This document shows, in pieces, positions 57,244 to 64,000 of a stretch of 64,000 nucleotides of DNA. The stretch is from an uncultured Planctomycetales bacterium. Lineage in GTDB: Bacteria > Omnitrophota > Gorgyraeia > Zapsychrales > JBDRMG01. The stretch spans positions 19,832 through 83,831 of the forward strand of contig CAYZIY010000005.1 in assembly GCA_964478715.1 (NCBI GenBank), given 5' to 3'. Made by a program: the position numbers and the translations under genes. Below the pieces are notes generated by a model. The model worked only from the letters and a program-made list of their open reading frames with translations, ran no database searches and was not told the origin of the DNA. Every line of letters begins with the position of its first letter. The stretch's first letter is position 1.

Positions 57244-57818
57244 TAACGGTTTTCAGAAGAAAGAAATTGTTGATAAAAATCGTCAATTTTTCCTGGCAAT
57301 ACGTCGTCTTTTAAATCACTGTGATAAAGGCCAAGAGTCGGGATATCTTCACGTGGTTTCTGAAAAATAAGCTCGACTGTTTGAGCGATAGCGTTTTCGA
57401 TTCCGGTTAAATGCGCGGTGCCAAAGACGCCAACGTGCTTGTCAGAGATATCATTGGCATCGATATAAGTGCGCACCGCCGGAGTGACATTGCTCCACCA
57501 GCCGGGGGTGCCGATAAGAATAATATCATAATCCTGCGGATCGCATTGAAGCGATTTCAGTTCAGTTAAGTTACCGGCCACTGCATCTTTACCGGCCCGC
57601 ATAAAGGCGATCGGGCCGGTTCTCTTTGTTTGATCAATCAATTCTTCTAAATCTGCATTAAACTTTTCGGATAAACGTTGGGCCACTTTCTTCGTGTGTC
57701 CGTCACGGGAATAAAAAACAACCAACGTTTTGGATATTTCCTGTGCCGGGCATGTTATTGGGAGATTCATTAAAAATGCAGCCACAATGAAAAGAGTAAT
57801 TACGAGTCTTTTAAACAT
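57243..57818 (-). CDS. flavodoxin-family protein with N-terminal signal peptide/anchor
   Basis: MFKRLVITLFIVAAFLMNLPITCPAQE, then TLVVFYSRDGHTKKVAQRL...DIILIGTPGWW. Paralogous to the protein at 40328-40819. Confidence 0.6.
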   Translation of the reverse strand: MFKRLVITLFIVAAFLMNLPITCPAQEISKTLVVFYSRDGHTKKVAQRLSEKFNADLEELIDQTKRTGPIAFMRAGKDAVAGNLTELKSLQCDPQDYDIILIGTPGWWSNVTPAVRTYIDANDISDKHVGVFGTAHLTGIENAIAQTVELIFQKPREDIPTLGLYHSDLKDDVLPGKIDDFYQQFLSSENR

Positions 57819-57835
57819 AGCTTTTGCGCTCCTTT

Positions 57836-58570
57836 TTATGCCAATTGACCTTGATAAAGAGTGGCAATGCCACCTGTTAAAGATTGTGCCCGAATATTTG
57901 TAAGTCCATAGTGATCCATGATCGCTAAAATCCTTTTTGGCGGCGGAAATTCACAAATGGTTCTGGCTAGATAATCAAAGGCCCTGCGGTCTTTCAAGAA
58001 GAGACGGCTAACCGCAGGCATAATCTTTATCAGATAGAACAAATAGATCTTTTTAAGAATTTTATTGTTTGGAAGAGAAAATTCAAGGATTTTCATTTGC
58101 CCGCCTCTTTTCAAAACACGAACCATTTCACAAACAGCTTTCTCAATGGAGTGTTCATTCCTTAAACCGAAGGTATTAACTACCACATCGAATGATTGAT
58201 CTTGAAACGGCATCGAGAGTCCGTTGGCCCGAAATATCTTAATTCGATCAGAGAGACCATGAGATTTAATCCGGCGATAAGATTTTTGAAGCATACCATC
58301 AGAGATATCCACGGCGACCAGTCGGCTTTGCGGATGCTCTTTAGCAAAGGCGATGGTGGTTTCGGATGTGCCCGCGCAAACGTCACAAACCAGGGGAGCG
58401 TTTGGCATAGTATAAGATTGAACCAGAAATCTGATCCAGTTCCGATGAATGGAGGCTGAAAAAAGTGAGTTTAAAAAATCATAACGAAAGGCAATCGAAT
58501 CAAAAAGTTTTTCCGTTTTATTGTGATTCACTGTCATTGTATTATCTTTTGTATTTCTTAAGATGGACAT
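57836..58570 (-). CDS. class I SAM-dependent methyltransferase (UbiE/MenG family)
   Basis: FDSIAFRYDFLNSLFSASIHRNWI (UbiE N-terminal motif) and the SAM-binding VCDVCAGTSETT. Confidence 0.7.
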   Translation of the reverse strand: MSILRNTKDNTMTVNHNKTEKLFDSIAFRYDFLNSLFSASIHRNWIRFLVQSYTMPNAPLVCDVCAGTSETTIAFAKEHPQSRLVAVDISDGMLQKSYRRIKSHGLSDRIKIFRANGLSMPFQDQSFDVVVNTFGLRNEHSIEKAVCEMVRVLKRGGQMKILEFSLPNNKILKKIYLFYLIKIMPAVSRLFLKDRRAFDYLARTICEFPPPKRILAIMDHYGLTNIRAQSLTGGIATLYQGQLA

Positions 58571-58578
58571 GATCTAAT

Positions 58579-59781
58579 TTATCCATGAACTTGCTTGTAT
58601 TTTGAGACGGATGACAAAGTATCCATCCGGTGAAATTTATCGATGATTTTTTTACGCACTTTTTGATGCCACCCAAAAGGCAAGCGAATAGAAAATATTC
58701 TAATACACACCCTTAAAAGAAACTTGCAAATAGGGCCCGGATGAAAGCCTCTGATGAGAGTAATTTGTTTGAGAATGGGCTTTAAAGATCGACGATATCT
58801 TTCTGCCAAATTGGGAGCATCTTCAAGCAGACATTGAGCGGCTATTTGACCTGTTTTCATGGCATAATAAATCCCTTCACCGGTTAGCTGCCTGACCGCC
58901 CCGAGGGCGTCTCCACATAAAAGAATATCCTCATGGCCAAACTGTCTAGCAACAGCCACCGGACAGCAGGCTCCGCTCAATCTCTTTTTCTCAAATTCAG
59001 CAGGGATTAGATTTTGAGTGAGGGCATATTGAAGAAACTCATCCAGCATTTGATGAAGAGGTTGGCGTGTTTCTCCGATCAAGCCCATTCCCAGGGCATA
59101 GCCATCAGGATTGGGGAAAATCCAGCTGAAACCAAGTTCGTTTTGCCAATTTAAGAAAACAGAGGTTGAGCCCTGTCCCACATGAGCACATTTCAGATCA
59201 TATTGGATACAGCGGCCGTAATCAGTGCGGCGAGCAGGTCGGTTCCCCAAAAAGCGGCTCACGACACTCCCAAAACCGTCGGCTCCGATGATCTTGCGCG
59301 CATAATAGGTTTTTTCTCTGCCTCTTAGGCGGTAGATGCTTTCTTTGTCTTTGATAAGTCTATCAATTTCTCTGATCCGACATGTCTCAAAGCGAACTTG
59401 AGGAGACTGTAATGCAATTTTGACAAGCGCATGATCGAAATCGAAGCGGTCAACGACATCAAAAATATGGATATCGGGCGTATGATAAAAATAGGCTTCA
59501 TTGCAATAAAAATGAAAGTCATAACAGGAAAAAGCCGGCAGTTCATTTTGAATGAGGCGGAAATTTTCAAATTCAAGCGGCCAATCCTCGACGAAAAATA
59601 ATCCGCCGGCACAACATTTTTGACGCGGAAAATCATGGGCATCAACAATAAGGATATTTTTGCGGGGGTCTTTACCTAAATAATACGCGGCTATAGATCC
59701 TCCTGGACCTGCGCCGACAATCATCACATCGTAGATTTGAGAATCGGTAATCCGCGGATCCAAGAAGTTTTTAGTGTCCAT
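58579..59781 (-). CDS. geranylgeranyl reductase-family FAD-dependent oxidoreductase
   Basis: YDVMIVGAGPGGSIAAYYLGKD and FPRQKCCAGGL (GGR RxKxCGGG-type motif). Confidence 0.65.
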   Translation of the reverse strand: MDTKNFLDPRITDSQIYDVMIVGAGPGGSIAAYYLGKDPRKNILIVDAHDFPRQKCCAGGLFFVEDWPLEFENFRLIQNELPAFSCYDFHFYCNEAYFYHTPDIHIFDVVDRFDFDHALVKIALQSPQVRFETCRIREIDRLIKDKESIYRLRGREKTYYARKIIGADGFGSVVSRFLGNRPARRTDYGRCIQYDLKCAHVGQGSTSVFLNWQNELGFSWIFPNPDGYALGMGLIGETRQPLHQMLDEFLQYALTQNLIPAEFEKKRLSGACCPVAVARQFGHEDILLCGDALGAVRQLTGEGIYYAMKTGQIAAQCLLEDAPNLAERYRRSLKPILKQITLIRGFHPGPICKFLLRVCIRIFSIRLPFGWHQKVRKKIIDKFHRMDTLSSVSKYKQVHG

Positions 59782-59877
59782 GTTGTTTACTTCCTGCGCA
59801 GGGGATAAAGTTGCCGTTATTCTACTGAGAATCGTTCATTGTGACAAGAACTATCTGAAGGTGTATACTATCTCTAT

Positions 59878-60915
59878 ATGAGTGTAGTTTTAAAAAGACT
59901 ATTGAAGAAGGCTTTGGTTTTATTTGTGATGAATCTCCTTTTCTTGGGAGCGGTGGCCGGAAGTGCGCGTGGCGGGCAAAGCAAACAATGGCAGCTGAGT
60001 ACGGATGCAATAGATCATATAGGTAAGAGCAGTGAAAATAATATTGATCTGACAGATATGCTCATTGAATTGAGCGTAAAGGCCGAGGCCGATCTGATGG
60101 ATTCGGACTTATCTTTTAAAAAAGAAAAACAAAAATTTGATTCTTTTTTATCGAACATCGAAAGTCAGATTGATCGGAAACAAACGATTAAAGAAATAAT
60201 AAACCAAATTAATGGTATCCTTTTTCAAAAAAATAATTTTCGCGTGAATCGTCAGAGGATTTTTGAAAGTTCTCTGGAAGATATTCTATTAACGCGTTTA
60301 AGAAGGCGAAAAAAAGGCAATTGTCTGAGTTTATCGCTATTGATGCTGATTATTGCGGAAGATTTTCAAATGCCTCTTAAAGGTGCGATCGTTCCGGGGC
60401 ATTTTTTTATTCGCTATCAACAAAAAGGTTCCTATAGGAATATCGAGATGACTTCTCAAGGCAGAGAGTTGCCGGATGAATATTATCGGAAGAATTTTAC
60501 TCAAGGCCAACCCGAGGATTTTTCCATTCGAATATTGAAGAAAAAAGAAATTCTTGCTGTTTTTATAAGCAGTCTGGCCACCCATTATAAATTAAAAGGA
60601 TATCATGAGCATGCGATTTGCTTATATCAGGCGGTTTTGAAAATAATAAATGATTTTCCTGATATCTATATTAATTTAGGGAATGCCTTTGAGCGTGACG
60701 GCCAGATCAAACGGGCTGTCTTTGAATATCAAAAGGCCTTGTCCTTAAATCCCTATCTGTGCGAAATTCATCACAATCTCGGGTTGATTCATTTTGTTTA
60801 TACTGGCAATATAAAGGAAGCGCTTCGTCATGGCAAAATCGCAAGGATTTTGGGTTGCCAGCTTTATCCTCAATATAATAATTTTGTTGAGCATTTTGAA
60901 AATTTATTCAGATAA
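59878..60915 (+). CDS. transglutaminase-like cysteine protease domain + TPR repeats (secreted)
   Basis: Signal peptide. GNCLSLSLLMLIIAEDFQMPLKGAIVPGHFFIRY (Cys/His of the transglutaminase-like core). C-terminal TPR-like repeats. Confidence 0.6.
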   Translation: MSVVLKRLLKKALVLFVMNLLFLGAVAGSARGGQSKQWQLSTDAIDHIGKSSENNIDLTDMLIELSVKAEADLMDSDLSFKKEKQKFDSFLSNIESQIDRKQTIKEIINQINGILFQKNNFRVNRQRIFESSLEDILLTRLRRRKKGNCLSLSLLMLIIAEDFQMPLKGAIVPGHFFIRYQQKGSYRNIEMTSQGRELPDEYYRKNFTQGQPEDFSIRILKKKEILAVFISSLATHYKLKGYHEHAICLYQAVLKIINDFPDIYINLGNAFERDGQIKRAVFEYQKALSLNPYLCEIHHNLGLIHFVYTGNIKEALRHGKIARILGCQLYPQYNNFVEHFENLFR

Positions 60916-60918
60916 GAA

Positions 60919-62277
60919 ATGAAATCGATCGATCAAAGAAGAACACGTCTAGTTAAAAAGGGGGATAAGCAGCCTGGACCGGTAGTTTATTGGATGAGCA
61001 GGGATCAGCGAAGGGATGATAATTGGGCCCTGATCTTTGCTCAACAGACGGCCTTAAAAGAGAAGAGACCATTGATGGTTGTGTTTTGTCTGGTTCCTGA
61101 GTTTCTAAGCGCTACGATCAGGCAGTACGGATTTATGCTTAAAGGGCTAGAGCAGCTCGAGCAGGAGTTGACAAAAAAGAATATATCGTTTATTTGTCTG
61201 TGTGGTGAGCCTGAAAAAGAAATTCCGCATTATGTGAACAAAAACAAGAGCAGTGTCTTGGTGACAGATTTTGATCCTTTACAGATTAAAAGAAAATGGA
61301 AAGATGCTCTCAAAAAGAAGATCACAATTCCTTTTTATGAGGTCGATGCCCATAATCTTGTTCCCTGCTGGCTGGCCAGCGACAAACAGGAATTTGGCGC
61401 TTATACCATTCGCCCAAAAATTCACCGAGTGCTTAATGAATATCTTCAGGATTTTCCGAAGGTACAAAAACATCCGCATTCCGCAAGCCCGGCGACAACA
61501 AAGACTAAATGGAAAAGCTTGGGTAAAAAGTTGTGCATAAATAGAGCGGTTAAAGAAGTCAGTTGGATCAACCCAGGTGAGAAAAAAGCCCTAAAAATGC
61601 TGAAAGAATTTATTCACAAGAAGCTCAACCATTATGATGATCAGCGAAACGATCCCAATCAAGACGGCCAATCCGATCTCTCGCCGTATTTACATTTTGG
61701 ACAACTGAGCGCTCAGAGAGTGGCCTTAAGTGTCATGGCAGCTAAAGTGAATGAGCAAAGCAAGCAGGCTTTTTTGGAAGAGTTGATTGTCCGACGGGAA
61801 TTGTCTGATAATTTTTGCTATTATAATAAGGATTATGATTCGACCGATGGCTTTCCGCAATGGGCGAAGAAAACGATCAAAACGCATGCAAAAGATAAGC
61901 GCGCTTTCCTCTATTCTTTAAATCAGATGGAAAGCGCGCAAACACACGACGATCTATGGAATGCCGCGCAGATGGAGATGGTCAAGACAGGAAAGATGCA
62001 CGGATACATGCGTATGTATTGGGCCAAGAAGATTCTGGAATGGACTTCCTCGGTGAAGCAGGCCATGAAAGCCGCCATTTTTCTAAATGATAAATATGAA
62101 CTCGACGGTCGGGATCCCAATGGGTATGCAGGCATCGCCTGGTCGATCGGCGGTGTTCATGATCGCGCTTGGGGTGAGCGCGCTGTTTTTGGAAAGATAC
62201 GATACATGAGCTATCATGGCTGTCAATCAAAATTTGATATTAAGAAATATATCAAAAGAAATCAGCCTAGCCACTAG
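60919..62277 (+). CDS. phr: class II deoxyribodipyrimidine (CPD) photolyase
   Basis: GPVVYWMSRDQRRDDNWAL N-terminal signature. FAD-binding C-terminal region DLWNAAQMEMVKTGKMHGYMRMYWAKKILEW...NDKYELDGRDPNGYAGIAWSIGGVHDRAW. Confidence 0.85.
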   Translation: MKSIDQRRTRLVKKGDKQPGPVVYWMSRDQRRDDNWALIFAQQTALKEKRPLMVVFCLVPEFLSATIRQYGFMLKGLEQLEQELTKKNISFICLCGEPEKEIPHYVNKNKSSVLVTDFDPLQIKRKWKDALKKKITIPFYEVDAHNLVPCWLASDKQEFGAYTIRPKIHRVLNEYLQDFPKVQKHPHSASPATTKTKWKSLGKKLCINRAVKEVSWINPGEKKALKMLKEFIHKKLNHYDDQRNDPNQDGQSDLSPYLHFGQLSAQRVALSVMAAKVNEQSKQAFLEELIVRRELSDNFCYYNKDYDSTDGFPQWAKKTIKTHAKDKRAFLYSLNQMESAQTHDDLWNAAQMEMVKTGKMHGYMRMYWAKKILEWTSSVKQAMKAAIFLNDKYELDGRDPNGYAGIAWSIGGVHDRAWGERAVFGKIRYMSYHGCQSKFDIKKYIKRNQPSH

Positions 62278-63107
62278 TCGGGATTTTCTATAACCAATGT
62301 GGAAATTATATACGGAGAGTGAGCCCCTTTTTCAAATCCTTGATATTGTAGCCATCGATAGGGATGCTGGGCTTCATACCAGATGTAAGTGGGTTTAACA
62401 AACTGATCGAGGACATCATCGAGGATTCCAAGATCAGCGGTGAGTTTGATTTTGAGAGCTTCCCATATCTTTCTCGAAAGCTGGATTTTTTCTTTTTTCA
62501 AAAAACGTAAATTAACCTTATACATTTTTGGCTCATCAGTTAAAAGGTAAAATGCTTGCTGATTGCGATGATGCTCATGGGGAATAAAGGAATGCACAAA
62601 AAAGATGAGCGTTGTATTGTCACACGTTTGCCCTTTTAGAGGAAATGCTTTACGGGTAGTCTTGCCCGATGGAAACTCTTCTACACTCCATATGATTATT
62701 TTGTCTTGATAATCGTATTTCTTTTGATATTTTTTTAAGGGTTGACCTGATTCATCGAAGATCTCCGTTTCGCTGGTGTGAGTCTGAAGAAAACCCTCGC
62801 TTAACCGGCACCATGATCGAGTGGTCCATGAAGCTGAAGAGAATTCATCGATGGCACCGGTGCCCTTTTGGGTGATCACATATTGGCCGTCTTGCTTAGG
62901 ATCATTTTCGATTACTACTGAAAGCTGACAATGAGGGTTTCGCGGTTCAAACTTGTGGTAATCAACCTGAAAGGAATGGCCGATGAACTGAGAGAAGAGA
63001 GGCTGATCAAAAGCCAAGACCTGAAGATTTAAGGCCATTATCGAAACTATCAGGATAAGCAATAACGAGATCTTTTTCATCCACTTCAATTTACCACATT
63101 TCATCAT
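62274..63107 (-). CDS. secreted hypothetical protein (paralog B of 56416-57243)
   Basis: Signal peptide ISLLLILIVSIMALNLQVLA. Conserved blocks shared with paralog A. Confidence 0.5.
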   Translation of the reverse strand: MMKCGKLKWMKKISLLLILIVSIMALNLQVLAFDQPLFSQFIGHSFQVDYHKFEPRNPHCQLSVVIENDPKQDGQYVITQKGTGAIDEFSSASWTTRSWCRLSEGFLQTHTSETEIFDESGQPLKKYQKKYDYQDKIIIWSVEEFPSGKTTRKAFPLKGQTCDNTTLIFFVHSFIPHEHHRNQQAFYLLTDEPKMYKVNLRFLKKEKIQLSRKIWEALKIKLTADLGILDDVLDQFVKPTYIWYEAQHPYRWLQYQGFEKGAHSPYIISTLVIENPD

Positions 63108-63126
63108 TTTTGGCTATAATACAAGA

Positions 63127-63798
63127 ATGCAGAAAATTTCTATTATCATCCCTGTTTATCAGGATGACGAATTATTGCGAAAATGTATTGAACATCTTCA
63201 TTGCTTTGGCGGAAATCATGAAATCATAGTTGTGGATGGGGCCGCAACTTCTCAAGCCAAGGTGATATGTAAAGACAATAATGTCTGCTATCTGCAAAGC
63301 CAAAAGGGGAGAGGCTTGCAATGCAATGCGGGCGCTTTCAAGGCGTCGGGAGATTTGTTCTTCTTTCTTCATGCGGATAGCATTCTTTGCGCTGAGGCTT
63401 TTAAGCAAATCGAAGAAGCCTTTCGAGACGACAAAGTGCAGGTGGCCAGATTTCGTTTATGCTTCGATCATCCCCATTGGCTTCTGAAAGTCTATGGGGC
63501 TTTCACGCGCTTAAACAGCATTTGGACACGATTTGGTGATCAGGGTATAATCGTTCGGAAAGATTTCTTTGAGGTGCTGGGCAGTTTTCCCGATTGGCCG
63601 ATTTTTGAAGATGTTCATTTTTTCAAGTTAGCCAGAAAAAAAACAAGGATTTACTTGTTGCCCGGACCAATCACAACATCTTCCCGGAAATTTATTAAAA
63701 ACGGGATCATCCGCCAGCAGTGGAAAAATTTCTGGCTCATTATTAAATATTTACGCGGCGTTTCGCCGGAGATTCTAGCTCGTCAATATTATTCTTGA
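63127..63798 (+). CDS. glycosyltransferase family 2
   Basis: ISIIIPVYQDDELL, VVDG and ED-containing GT-A motifs. Confidence 0.65.
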   Translation: MQKISIIIPVYQDDELLRKCIEHLHCFGGNHEIIVVDGAATSQAKVICKDNNVCYLQSQKGRGLQCNAGAFKASGDLFFFLHADSILCAEAFKQIEEAFRDDKVQVARFRLCFDHPHWLLKVYGAFTRLNSIWTRFGDQGIIVRKDFFEVLGSFPDWPIFEDVHFFKLARKKTRIYLLPGPITTSSRKFIKNGIIRQQWKNFWLIIKYLRGVSPEILARQYYS

Positions 63799-63808
63799 GG
63801 GATTTGTT

Positions 63809-64000
63809 ATGCAGAAAGACGTTATAGTCGGAATCATAGCTTTTATTTTGATCTTTTTACTGGAGAGCCTTCTGCCGGCCCGAAGAGAACAGCGTAAAAC
63901 CTGGAGTCACACAACAGTGAATCTCTTGATGGCCGGACTGAGCTTTGTTATTACTATCTTATTTATCGTTTTAACGGTCAAAGCGATGAACTGGGCTGCG
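63809..64000 (+). CDS. membrane protein, N-terminal fragment (possibly fatty-acid hydroxylase/sterol desaturase superfamily); continues beyond window
   Basis: TM helix, then LLESLLPARREQRKTW, then a second TM helix. Frame is open to the window end. Confidence 0.25.
   Translation, partial: MQKDVIVGIIAFILIFLLESLLPARREQRKTWSHTTVNLLMAGLSFVITILFIVLTVKAMNWAA

Noticed and set aside
1-64000. Screen for CRISPR arrays, rRNA genes, transposases or integrases
   Set aside because: No regularly spaced direct repeats, no rRNA-like conserved stretches and no transposase/integrase-like ORFs were found. tRNA-Pro is the only RNA gene identified.

Overview
The window is 64 kb of low-GC (~40%) DNA, apparently from an uncultivated Gram-negative bacterium. 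It is densely coding and gene starts often overlap. Proteins are Lys-rich and receiver-domain proteins are abundant, so a PVC/Omnitrophota-like lineage is a guess. No transposase, integrase, CRISPR array or rRNA was seen.

**Left third, 1-14.4 kb (housekeeping and signalling)**
- A phosphorelay-like trio: a histidine-kinase tail, then a REC-AraC-HisKA-HATPase hybrid, then a CheY-like receiver.
- An Lpd-family flavoprotein, a DUF502 protein, an overlapping glycoside-hydrolase/GT4 pair, an FKBP and a D-2-hydroxyacid dehydrogenase.
- A second glycosyltransferase, a secreted PKD-like protein, and cspA with a structured leader and two terminators.

**Middle, 14.4-32.4 kb (one co-directional + strand array)**
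- A T2SS-like secretion cluster ordered gspF-G-H-I-J-K-L-M, then a MerR-like HTH, an ExeA-like ATPase, a GspC/PilP-like protein, a secretin and an AMIN-domain AmiC amidase.
- murI follows, then a complete preQ1 operon (queD-queC-queE-queF), then rph and rdgB.
- A 946-aa AsmA-family gene converges on this array from the minus strand.

**32.5-37.1 kb**
- tRNA-Pro(TGG), with an upstream duplicate of its 5' end.
- Two orphan receiver proteins.
- A damage-tolerance module: an 18-bp perfect palindrome, a His-rich small ORF, dinB and an SRAP/YedK peptidase.

**37-46.8 kb**
- A ferritin-like protein, YihY and DUF456 membrane proteins, an FMN-binding/flavodoxin pair.
- A carotenoid-type isoprenoid cluster: a CrtI-family desaturase, ispH, a phytoene/squalene synthase, a fused lycopene-cyclase-domain protein, and an NDH-2-like flavoprotein.

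**46.8-59.8 kb (most notable region)**
- A non-canonical FAS-II/polyketide-like lipid locus. Its centre is a 1259-aa protein fusing a B12-binding radical-SAM domain to a KS and a CLF-like KS.
- Around it lie plsC, an ACP, a GcvT-family folate-binding protein, a hotdog thioesterase, fabG, fabD, fabZ, a flavodoxin-like/SCP2 reductase, a secreted flavodoxin, paralogous secreted DUF proteins, a UbiE-like methyltransferase and a GGR-family reductase.

**Right end, 59.8-64 kb**
- A transglutaminase-like/TPR protein, a class II photolyase, a GT2 and a partial membrane protein.
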